IMG/VR virus record: IMGVR_UViG_3300043449_002450
Location: 1-64,000 of that record
Strand: one strand, 5' to 3'
Source: a virus
Length of the DNA stretch: 64,000 bases
Shown: one piece after another, positions 48,305 through 57,444 of the stretch
How positions within the stretch are numbered: position 1 is the stretch's first letter
How the letters are laid out: every line of letters starts with the position of its first letter
Position numbers and translations under genes: made by a program
The notes under the pieces: generated by a model
Seen by the model: only the letters and a program-made list of their open reading frames with translations
Database searches by the model: none
What the model was told of the DNA's origin: nothing

Positions 48305-49428
48305 TGGGCGCCTTGTCGAGCATAGGCATATTGGATAATGGCAAACTAACTGATAGTGCAAAGACCAGCTTTAGGATTGCTACAGCAGGATCAGTAGAAT
48401 CTGGTTTTTCTATAGGCGCAAGCTCTATTTCTGCTGACCTAATTAGTTTAGGTAATTTTAAAGATCTCGACCAGCAAGAGCACAATAATCAATATCCAGC
48501 GTGGAATGCTTACTATTCTTCTGGGCTTCTTCAAAATATTGCTCTTTCTCTTGATAAGATTCCAGATGCCGGTGTCTTGAAACCTATCGGCTTATTTGAC
48601 CCAACAAAGCCTATCGTAGTTTTAATCACAAAGCTGCAGTCTCTATTCAATAGAATTTTTAGCTTCTTAGATTTTCCATTTATTGATCTTTTGATTCTTA
48701 ATATTGATGTAGTTCTTTCAAAAGTTAGACAAATTTTACGTGCACTTGACGATATTATCAGTAATCTTGTTGAAGATGGATTATCAGCAGCAAAAGACGC
48801 CGCAGAAAGTTTTATTGACATATTGAAGACAATAGTGAGAGAAGTTCTTACAAGGTCAAATGTGTCTTCGTCTAGAATATCGGATGTGATAGAATCCATT
48901 AATGACAATATTGATGACATCAAAGAGTCTGTTGTAGAAACTGCTCAAGAAATAACAGCATCATCTTTGTTAAGCATTCCAAGCTTACCTGTTCCGTCTC
49001 TTGATATTTCTTTTATCCCACCAGGGATTGATGTCACGCCATTATTCGCAACAGTTGAAGCTGATGGTATAGATGGTATTGGAACCAAGTTTGTTAAGTT
49101 AATGGCTGCCTTTCTTGCTTTGCCGGCAAAGATTGCTGAACAGATAAAACAAGGCGTTCAAGCAGCAATTAGAATAAAAGAAGCATTTGAGATACTGATC
49201 ATTAATGTTGCGCAGGGCGTTCAAGCACTTTTATCTGCTTTATTAGAGCTAGTGTGGTCAATTATTACTAGTGTAATAAGCATTGCAGAAGCTGCCATTC
49301 TTGAGATAGCTTCTATATTTCAAACTGTCACATTTTTTGTAAAGTATTTCATAGTTAGCATGATTTCATTTCTTTTAGGATCTGGTCTTATAGCGTTGAG
49401 TGCTGCTAAAATTCTTGGAATTGCTTAA
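48304..49428 (+). CDS. Hypothetical hydrophobic helical protein in the baseplate module
   Basis: Coupled ORF with a long hydrophobic C-terminus. Confidence 0.7.
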   Translation: MGALSSIGILDNGKLTDSAKTSFRIATAGSVESGFSIGASSISADLISLGNFKDLDQQEHNNQYPAWNAYYSSGLLQNIALSLDKIPDAGVLKPIGLFDPTKPIVVLITKLQSLFNRIFSFLDFPFIDLLILNIDVVLSKVRQILRALDDIISNLVEDGLSAAKDAAESFIDILKTIVREVLTRSNVSSSRISDVIESINDNIDDIKESVVETAQEITASSLLSIPSLPVPSLDISFIPPGIDVTPLFATVEADGIDGIGTKFVKLMAAFLALPAKIAEQIKQGVQAAIRIKEAFEILIINVAQGVQALLSALLELVWSIITSVISIAEAAILEIASIFQTVTFFVKYFIVSMISFLLGSGLIALSAAKILGIA

Positions 49429-49463
49429 GGCAGAGGAACCTTACATGCTAATAGTTATAAGCG

Positions 49464-49934
49464 ATGGCCGAACGTAGCTTTAAAAGTGTCGGAGAACTTA
49501 ACACAGACGCGCGCGCTTCGCAGCCGCGCCAACCTGTGCCTATTGGAATTTTAACCCCTGTCAACTTTTCATCAAAGGTTGGTGGTCCATTTGAGATGTC
49601 AACTAATATTGTCAATCAAGTCCTAGACAATTTTAGGAACATGCTACTAACAAACCATGGCGAGCGCGTTCCTCTCTATGACTATGGATCAAATTTGAGA
49701 CAACTTCTAACAGAAAGGCTGTCTATTGACAACTACCAAGAGCAGGCCATGATGTTCATCAAGACATCAACAGAAAAATACATGCCGTATGTTAGCCTAG
49801 ACACTTTCGATTTGCAGCCATTGCAGACAGATGACCAGGGATTTTCTAAAGTTAGAGTTACAATTAAGTGCTCAATTCCTAAAATAACAACTGCAACCAA
49901 ACAAATTGAATTAATAATCACAAACATAGGATGA
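49464..49934 (+). CDS. gp25/GPW-like baseplate wedge protein
   Basis: NFRNMLLTNHGERVPLYDYGSNL...YMPYV. Confidence 0.9.
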   Translation: MAERSFKSVGELNTDARASQPRQPVPIGILTPVNFSSKVGGPFEMSTNIVNQVLDNFRNMLLTNHGERVPLYDYGSNLRQLLTERLSIDNYQEQAMMFIKTSTEKYMPYVSLDTFDLQPLQTDDQGFSKVRVTIKCSIPKITTATKQIELIITNIG

Positions 49935-49938
49935 GACC

Positions 49939-51786
49939 ATGGCCCTAACTGATGTAAAAAAGTCTTTAAAGCAAAAAAGGCAGCGGAATTATCTAGCAAG
50001 AGATTTTGACAGCTTTAGATCAGAGTTTGTTCAATACGCTAAGACCTATTTTCCTGATAAGATTCAGGACTTCTCTGAAGCGTCTGTGGGCGGAATGCTG
50101 CTTGATTTGGTTGCTTATATCGGAGATTCTACTTCTTTTTATCTTGATCACCAGTTTAACGAGCTTAGCCTTGATACAGCTGTAGAAAGAGGAAACATTG
50201 AGCGTCTAGTTCGTCTTGCAGGTGTCAAGATAAAAGGCGCAGCGCCCGCATTTTGCGATGTAGACTTCACGTTTAGCGTCGATGCAGAATTGACTTCTCT
50301 GGGCTACCTTCCTAAAAATTCACAACTCCCGATCCTCAGAACAGGCACAACTCTAAAGTCTAATTCGGGAATCGAGTTTACGCTATCTGATGATATTGAT
50401 TTTTCTCAAACGAATGCTAGAAACAAATATATTGCATCTTACAAAGTTACGTCAACAGGATCAAGAGGTGAACCAACAACTTTTAATGTGACAAGACGTG
50501 GAACATGCGTTTCTGGCGCAACATCAGAAGAATTGTTTACATTTGGTTCTGATCTTACGCCGTTTAAGACTATAAATCTTGCAAATTCAAATGTTAGTGA
50601 AATTCTCCTAGTCAAAGATACGGATGGAAATGAGTATTACGAGGTTGACTCGCTGGCACAAGATACAGTCTTTAAGGTTATAGACAACGCAAATCCTGAA
50701 GATGGTATCTCTGATTCTCTCGCCGTCATTCCCGCGCCATATCGATTTGTCACAAGAATTGCAGCAGACTCAGGCGCTGCAGAGCTAATATTCGGATCGG
50801 GAAATGCTGCCTCTTTAGATAATGATATATTGCCAGACCCGAGTCAGGTCTCTCTTCCTCTTTTTGGTGATAGAAAGACATTTCCAAAAGTCACAATAGA
50901 TCCTAACTCGCTTCTTAACTCACAAAGCTTAGGAATTACTCCAGCTAGCACGACAATTCGAGTCAGATATCGTCATGGTGGTGGTGTGTCACACAACGTG
51001 TCTGCCAACACCATCAAAACAGTTATTAACTTGGAGACAAGCTTTGGATCTGCTGTAACACCAGCAAAAGTTGCTGCAATAAGAGCGTCAGTTGTTGTTA
51101 ATAATCAAAGAGCCGCTTTAGGTGGAGAAAATGCACCAACGCTTGAAGATTTACGGCAAGTTGCTTTAGCAGTTAGAAACTCTCAAAATAGAGTTGTTTC
51201 CAAAGAGGATCTTATCGCTCGCGTTTTCTTGATGCCCACAAATTTTGGAAGACCATTTAGAATCGGTCTTAGTCCTAATCCTGTCAATCCACTATCATCA
51301 ATCATTTATCTAGTTAGCAGAGACGCTGATGAGAAGCTAGCACAATCTCCTGACGCCCTAAAGAGAAATATTGCAACATACATTAATGAATTCAGATTAG
51401 TATCAGACTCATTTGACATTCTTGATGCAAAAATAGTCAATATTGGATTTGAATACCGAGTGTCCATCGACCCAAGAGATGACAAGTCTGGTATCTTAAC
51501 AAGAATAAATAATTCAATAAAAACCTATCTAGAAACAGCAAATATGAACATCGATGCGCCAATTATGATCGCTGATCTTATGAATCTCATAATTAATCAA
51601 GATGGCGTTCTAAGCTTAGATAGCTACACATTTACAAGCCTTACCGGCACCATAGACGACAGAAAATACTCGTCTACACCAATAAGCATCAAAAATTCTA
51701 TTGTTAAGGGAAAGCTAGTGCCACCATTAGGTGGTATATTTGAAGTGAAATACCCAGATTCGGACATTGTTGGCAATGCCGTGTAG
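49939..51786 (+). CDS. Baseplate wedge subunit (T4 gp6 / baseplate J-like)
   Basis: YLARDFDSFR, FSEASVGGMLLDLVAYIGD..SFYLD, GGENAPTLEDLR, QNRVVSKED. Confidence 0.88.
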   Translation: MALTDVKKSLKQKRQRNYLARDFDSFRSEFVQYAKTYFPDKIQDFSEASVGGMLLDLVAYIGDSTSFYLDHQFNELSLDTAVERGNIERLVRLAGVKIKGAAPAFCDVDFTFSVDAELTSLGYLPKNSQLPILRTGTTLKSNSGIEFTLSDDIDFSQTNARNKYIASYKVTSTGSRGEPTTFNVTRRGTCVSGATSEELFTFGSDLTPFKTINLANSNVSEILLVKDTDGNEYYEVDSLAQDTVFKVIDNANPEDGISDSLAVIPAPYRFVTRIAADSGAAELIFGSGNAASLDNDILPDPSQVSLPLFGDRKTFPKVTIDPNSLLNSQSLGITPASTTIRVRYRHGGGVSHNVSANTIKTVINLETSFGSAVTPAKVAAIRASVVVNNQRAALGGENAPTLEDLRQVALAVRNSQNRVVSKEDLIARVFLMPTNFGRPFRIGLSPNPVNPLSSIIYLVSRDADEKLAQSPDALKRNIATYINEFRLVSDSFDILDAKIVNIGFEYRVSIDPRDDKSGILTRINNSIKTYLETANMNIDAPIMIADLMNLIINQDGVLSLDSYTFTSLTGTIDDRKYSSTPISIKNSIVKGKLVPPLGGIFEVKYPDSDIVGNAV

Positions 51787-51794
51787 GAGTCAAA

Positions 51795-53309
51795 GTGTAT
51801 AGAGTCTTCCAGACAGATAAAGATGCATACATTACCAACAAGATAATATCGCCAACGCTTAGAGCTGTTGATTCTAACACTGGTCAAGCTGGAACTGTCG
51901 ATCTTTTTAAACTTTATGATGAGAATACCATAGAAGGAGAATCTGCACCAATTGAGCTTTCGCGAGGACTAATTCACTTTGATATAACAGAACTTAGTAG
52001 ATCGTTAGCAGCGGGTGAATTTGACATAAGGTCTTCTAACTTTAAGTGTAGACTTTACATGCATGATGTCTACGGAGGCCAAACAACACCATCAAATTTC
52101 TCTTTAGTTGTTTATCCATTATCAAAAAGTTTTGACGAAGGAATAGGAAGAGACATTATTAGATTTGAAGATATTGATGTTGTGAACTACATTACAGCAT
52201 CCACATCACTATCGGCAACAATGTGGTCCACACAGGGCGCCGGCGCTGGAGGCACACTAGGCAATCCTAACTTAGACTACTTTACACAGGGTAATCTAAA
52301 TGATGGGCTAGGTGTTCTAACATTTGCCGTGACACAATCATTCGAATCTGGTGAAGAGGATCTTGATGTCGATGTCACTAGAATCATGTCAGGCGTCCTG
52401 TCAGGACAAATGCCCGATGCAGGATTTAGAATATCATTCATAGATGCGCAGGAGCAAGATGCAAAGACTCGATTTGTCAAGAGATTCGCTTCAAGAAACA
52501 CTACAAACACTTCAAAAAGGCCCGAGCTTATTGTCACATATGATGACACAATATCTGATAGCACTCAAATCTTCGAGTTCAACACAACAGGATCAATATT
52601 TTTAAACTCATTTAATAGAGGTGCACCTGCAAACCTACTGTCAGGTTCCGCTTTGGCGTCTCTTACGGGACAAAACTGCTTAAAAGTAAAGATTACATCG
52701 GGATCATTGACAAGAACATTCGACGCATCACAGCACAAGATAGGAAACACTTACATCGTAGGGGTGTATTCTGCGTCATTTCTTGTAAACTCGTTTGATA
52801 ACGACATTTTTCCTTATATGACAGCATCAAATTACCCGTCGCTTGAATTCGGTGTTAAATGGCTGTCACAAGACCAAACAGTTCAATTTGCTACGGGCAC
52901 TCTCAACATCGCACATCGTAATACAACATATTTTTCTCAAACACCCGAGCGCTATTTTGTAAACATTACAAATATGAGATCATCATATAAGTTTACTGAG
53001 AAATTTAGATTCCGGCTCTTCATCGAAGACTTTAACCGCGAAATTAAATCTGTTAAGACGCCTTTAGAAAATACAGGTATTGTTGTTGAAAATTGTCAAT
53101 TCAGAGTCAGAGACTTTGAGAGTGGTGACATTATTATCCCATTCCATGATCCTGGCACAAAGACATCTAATGATGCAACGACTCATTATTTTGACTTCTA
53201 TATGTCTTCTCTGCCTAGAGGAAGGACATACACGTTTGACTTTAAGATTATTAATAAGGGTCAAGAAATCGTTATTAATGATGTAGCAGCCAAATTTAGG
53301 GTGGAATAA
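51795..53309 (+). CDS. Virion structural protein
   Basis: KDAYI, SRGLIHFD, FASRNT....RPELIVTYDD; lies in the baseplate module. Confidence 0.7.
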   Translation: MYRVFQTDKDAYITNKIISPTLRAVDSNTGQAGTVDLFKLYDENTIEGESAPIELSRGLIHFDITELSRSLAAGEFDIRSSNFKCRLYMHDVYGGQTTPSNFSLVVYPLSKSFDEGIGRDIIRFEDIDVVNYITASTSLSATMWSTQGAGAGGTLGNPNLDYFTQGNLNDGLGVLTFAVTQSFESGEEDLDVDVTRIMSGVLSGQMPDAGFRISFIDAQEQDAKTRFVKRFASRNTTNTSKRPELIVTYDDTISDSTQIFEFNTTGSIFLNSFNRGAPANLLSGSALASLTGQNCLKVKITSGSLTRTFDASQHKIGNTYIVGVYSASFLVNSFDNDIFPYMTASNYPSLEFGVKWLSQDQTVQFATGTLNIAHRNTTYFSQTPERYFVNITNMRSSYKFTEKFRFRLFIEDFNREIKSVKTPLENTGIVVENCQFRVRDFESGDIIIPFHDPGTKTSNDATTHYFDFYMSSLPRGRTYTFDFKIINKGQEIVINDVAAKFRVE

Positions 53310-56300
53310 TGCCTCGCCTGAGAACAAGACCTTCGATCTTCAAGGCAAAATCAAGCCTAAGTTCAACAAATGGAATTAGTAGATCTGTTAGTAATAGCAC
53401 CTTATTTGGAAGAAACACGTCAAATGATTCTTTCGCATTAGACTCATACAAATCAGGAATTAAATCAACACAGCAGCTATCTATTAATTTTTCTAACTTT
53501 GAGAACCATACATTTTTTGCTCCTGCAAGAGCCAAGGTTGACATTGCAGCCCACAAAGTTTTTAATGAATTTCCTTACACAGGATCTTTGAGCGATATTG
53601 ACGCTTTCTTACAAAGCTTGACAGGTTTTGAGCGCTATGTCTATGATAACACACCTAAAAATGCCGGATATCTGCTATTTCAAGGTGCAGTTAACAACGG
53701 GACATTTATAGATGTAAGTCCAATATCCGGTAATAAGTTTCCCAAAGCACCCGGTGCTACAAGCCAAAATGCTTTATCTCTGTCAAGTAGCCCATTTGAA
53801 ATAGAAGCACACGTCTATGTTTCACCTAATGCCAATAATGTCCAAATAATCACCCAAAGATCATCATCAGACGCTGCCTTTACGCTTGCGCTTGACCAAT
53901 CAGCAAGCACAACACAGTGCAACTTAATGTTCCTGGTATCATCAGCCTCAGACGCCTATGTCATAGCATCCGCTTCCATAGGAAAAGGACAATTTAATCA
54001 TCTTCGGGCGAGATTAAATTCCGAACTAAGCGGAAAAAGAGCAGTAATTTACTTAAATGGCAATCTAATAGCATCATCATCTGATATACAGGACTTTGGT
54101 GATCTTAATTTCACAACACAGAGCATGCTGATAGGTTCTGGATCTGCGCATGGCATCATTGATTATGCCATTAGCCCAGTGACAACATTTGACGGCGCAA
54201 TTGATGAATTTAGATTTTTTGTTGGTGATCGGACGCAAGATGATGCTGAAAAATATGCATACCAGCAGATCTATAAAAATGATTTGATGAAGCTTAGGTT
54301 TGGATTTGACGAACCTTATGGGACGTATGATTGTGAAGACGTCGTTCTAGATTCATCTGGGAATGCTTTACATTCTTATATTAATAACTACACAAGCATC
54401 TTAAGGTTGACATCATCAATCTCATTACCCCTTACGCGCCAGGATTATTACTATAGTCCCATTCTATTTGCAGATGAGCTAACTACACAAACTTACTACC
54501 AGTCACTCATCACAAGCGCATCTGAATATGATAGTGACAACCCTAACATTATTTTTACTCTTGTTCCACTTCACTACTTGGTCGAGAGTGCAAATGCGTC
54601 AGGTCTCATCGATTATGACAGCGGCTTAGGAACACTTCCCACACTTGATACAATACCTGGCACAGGTAACCTAGCCACTACAGCTGCTCTGACACGAATT
54701 CTATGCACATTATCAATACCGCTCGATGAAATTAAGCAGTTTGTTGATAGCATGTCTAAGCTTCTCGCCATCGAACTAGACTCAGATGAAGATGTAAGTG
54801 ACCAAATGCTTCCATTTGTTGCTGACTACTTTGGTGTAGAACTTCCTAACTTTTTTGCTAAATCAAACACAGAACAATTTGTCTTTGGAGAAAATGTTCT
54901 AGAAGACCAGGTAACAGACTACACTCTAAAAGAACTACGAAGCACACTTTGGCGTAGAATTTTGGCAAATATGCCAAACATTAACGTGTCTAAAGGCACA
55001 CCATCTGCTGTAAGATCGGTATTCTTATCATCAGGTATTGTTCCCGAAAACTTTTTTGAGATTAGAGAGTTGGGCATGGCAGGCGAGACACGCTTGCAAG
55101 ACAAGAGAGAGCAGACAGTAGAAGTCATGTCTGTTCTTGACTTCTCAGGAAGTTTAGCAGCACCTACAGGAAGCAACGCTTTAATGGGGTTCAAGAGTGA
55201 TTCACCAAGGGTCGTCGGTTCCTACTTAAGCGCATCCAGAGTAGAAGTAGGATACCCATATCCTGTCGGAACATTTACCAACAAAGACATTTATTACCCA
55301 CATGGAATATCTAATAGCACTAGAGATGGTCTTTTAACAAGCGGATCTTTTTCAGTCGAAGCATCATACGTCTTTGATGTTACAAAGACACACCCAGCAC
55401 CACAGAGCCTGATGCGACTGGAGACAACATCAAGCTCGGGCTTTAACCCGCTTCTAATGAATTTAGTCTACAATCATGCAGGCATATCGGGTAGTGTTAC
55501 TTGCTCTCTATGCGTTGATTCAGTCAATACAACTAATCCAAGCGTGCTAAATTTAGTTTTGACAGGTGTCAACCTTTATGATGGTGATCGCTGGGTTGTA
55601 GGACTTGAGAAGAAAAGGCTCGATGATTTAGGCATATCATCGGGAAGCAACTACACATTAAGATGCGGTCGTCAAGCAGGCAATACTGTAGCTTTTTTCA
55701 CGACTTCGTCTTATTTCCTAGAGACGACAAATAGCGCCAATAATGCATTTTGCAACGTTGGAACACACAATGCATCTGGTAGCTTTGTAGTGATTGGATC
55801 GCAAAGTATTGACGATACACACAGCTTATTTTTAAATAATTTTGGATCAAAAGAGACACTCTTTACGGGCAAGATATCGGGAGTTAGATTTTGGTCAACT
55901 GATATTGGTCAAGCATCGTTTATCGAACACGTGAGGAGCGCCTACAATATAGGCACAAGCAACCCAGAATTAGGTCTGGGATTCGATTTGGTCCAGACAG
56001 GTGCATACCAACGGCTTCGTGTAGATGCTAGCTGCGATCAATCTACGATCAACGCAGACACGGCAGGAAATATTAGATTGTTTGATTTTAGCCAAAATTC
56101 ACTGCACTTGAGTGGATCTGGCTTTGAAGCTGGCGCGACAGTCATTAAGCCTTATAGGCAGTTTATTAATCGATTGGCACCTAGATTTGACTTGCAACAA
56201 AGCTCAAACAAGGTAAGAATAAGGGGACTTAATACTGTCCTGCCCACTGATCCCCAATATGTCATAACAGGACCTGCCTATGAGATCTATAGCGTTGACA

Positions 56301-56644
56301 ACATAGTTGATGATGTTCGATATTCAATAGAGCACTCAATAGTAAAAGCACTTGATCAAGATATTATTGCGACTATTGGAGACACACAGTATCTTGATAA
56401 TGCGTTAGGTAGCCAGGCAGACCTCTACGCAGATTCTTACAGCGATCTTGACCATCTTTCAAATGTTTATTTTAATAGGTTAACAGATAAAGTTGATATT
56501 ATGAGAACATATGAGGTTTTTAGATGGGTTGATACTGCCTTAAGTCAGCTTATAGAGTCGATTCTTCCCAAGAGAACAAGATTTTTAGGTATCAACTACG
56601 TTATAGAACCACACATACTTGAAAGAGGAAAAATTAGATACTAA
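53309..56644 (+). CDS. Large baseplate protein with LamG-like domain (may extend to 56731)
   Basis: FDGAIDEFRFF (LamG-like), LWRRILANMP...SKGT..AV (baseplate-wedge-like), IEPHILER. Confidence 0.75.
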   Translation: MPRLRTRPSIFKAKSSLSSTNGISRSVSNSTLFGRNTSNDSFALDSYKSGIKSTQQLSINFSNFENHTFFAPARAKVDIAAHKVFNEFPYTGSLSDIDAFLQSLTGFERYVYDNTPKNAGYLLFQGAVNNGTFIDVSPISGNKFPKAPGATSQNALSLSSSPFEIEAHVYVSPNANNVQIITQRSSSDAAFTLALDQSASTTQCNLMFLVSSASDAYVIASASIGKGQFNHLRARLNSELSGKRAVIYLNGNLIASSSDIQDFGDLNFTTQSMLIGSGSAHGIIDYAISPVTTFDGAIDEFRFFVGDRTQDDAEKYAYQQIYKNDLMKLRFGFDEPYGTYDCEDVVLDSSGNALHSYINNYTSILRLTSSISLPLTRQDYYYSPILFADELTTQTYYQSLITSASEYDSDNPNIIFTLVPLHYLVESANASGLIDYDSGLGTLPTLDTIPGTGNLATTAALTRILCTLSIPLDEIKQFVDSMSKLLAIELDSDEDVSDQMLPFVADYFGVELPNFFAKSNTEQFVFGENVLEDQVTDYTLKELRSTLWRRILANMPNINVSKGTPSAVRSVFLSSGIVPENFFEIRELGMAGETRLQDKREQTVEVMSVLDFSGSLAAPTGSNALMGFKSDSPRVVGSYLSASRVEVGYPYPVGTFTNKDIYYPHGISNSTRDGLLTSGSFSVEASYVFDVTKTHPAPQSLMRLETTSSSGFNPLLMNLVYNHAGISGSVTCSLCVDSVNTTNPSVLNLVLTGVNLYDGDRWVVGLEKKRLDDLGISSGSNYTLRCGRQAGNTVAFFTTSSYFLETTNSANNAFCNVGTHNASGSFVVIGSQSIDDTHSLFLNNFGSKETLFTGKISGVRFWSTDIGQASFIEHVRSAYNIGTSNPELGLGFDLVQTGAYQRLRVDASCDQSTINADTAGNIRLFDFSQNSLHLSGSGFEAGATVIKPYRQFINRLAPRFDLQQSSNKVRIRGLNTVLPTDPQYVITGPAYEIYSVDNIVDDVRYSIEHSIVKALDQDIIATIGDTQYLDNALGSQADLYADSYSDLDHLSNVYFNRLTDKVDIMRTYEVFRWVDTALSQLIESILPKRTRFLGINYVIEPHILERGKIRY

Positions 56645-56727
56645 TCGGATGAGATGGCTATTTCGACAACAGGCAGAAAAGTTTCTGCGACAATTAGTAA
56701 AGTTGAGTTTTCTGCAGGAAAGACTAA

Positions 56728-57444
56728 ATGAAGCCCTATAATGATCAAGGAACATTTAGATATCACGATACAACAGTGTCGCCGATATCATCAAGTTTTT
56801 CTCCAGATCTAAACTTTGCGCAAGGTGTCGAGATAAGACAGGGTAGAAATGTCTTTAAAGCATCGGCACGGCCATTTATCTCATCGGGCCGCTGGTTGGA
56901 TATGCAGGAAGATGGTGTCATCGACCAAGAAGTTGCACCTTCTGTTCTAGGCGTGCTAATTGATCCTCTACCCTACGTAAAGTTTAATGATGCTGATGAG
57001 CGAAGAGCACCAAGCCAGATCCTTCAAGATGAAGAGATAGTTAGATCAGACACTATAGATTATAGTGATGACACAAGCAAAGACGGGCGAGCCACGGTTT
57101 TTAACCTAAATGCTAGAAGCTACATCTTTCGTGATGAAATACCGCTCCCAGCACGTGGCGTAAAGATCAACAATGAATCAATTCAGGGATACAGCGTAGG
57201 CACAAGATTTTCTCCCTACTACGAAGATGGAGAAAGCATACTTGGAATAGTGAAGCTAGGATTCCATGGAACACCCAGCGAAGTTGTAGACATATACTAC
57301 GACACTGTGCTGACAAGCTCGCTTGGCACAAAGATTGATTATGACTCGTTTGATCCGCTTAGCGTGTATGGATCATTTGGGCGCGATCTATATTCGGCAA
57401 TATTCGAGACGGATTCGGTAGCATACGCGGGGTTATTGAGATGA
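56728..57444 (+). CDS. Hypothetical structural protein
   Basis: Coupled ORF in the structural module; ends DSVAYAGLLR. Confidence 0.72.
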   Translation: MKPYNDQGTFRYHDTTVSPISSSFSPDLNFAQGVEIRQGRNVFKASARPFISSGRWLDMQEDGVIDQEVAPSVLGVLIDPLPYVKFNDADERRAPSQILQDEEIVRSDTIDYSDDTSKDGRATVFNLNARSYIFRDEIPLPARGVKINNESIQGYSVGTRFSPYYEDGESILGIVKLGFHGTPSEVVDIYYDTVLTSSLGTKIDYDSFDPLSVYGSFGRDLYSAIFETDSVAYAGLLR

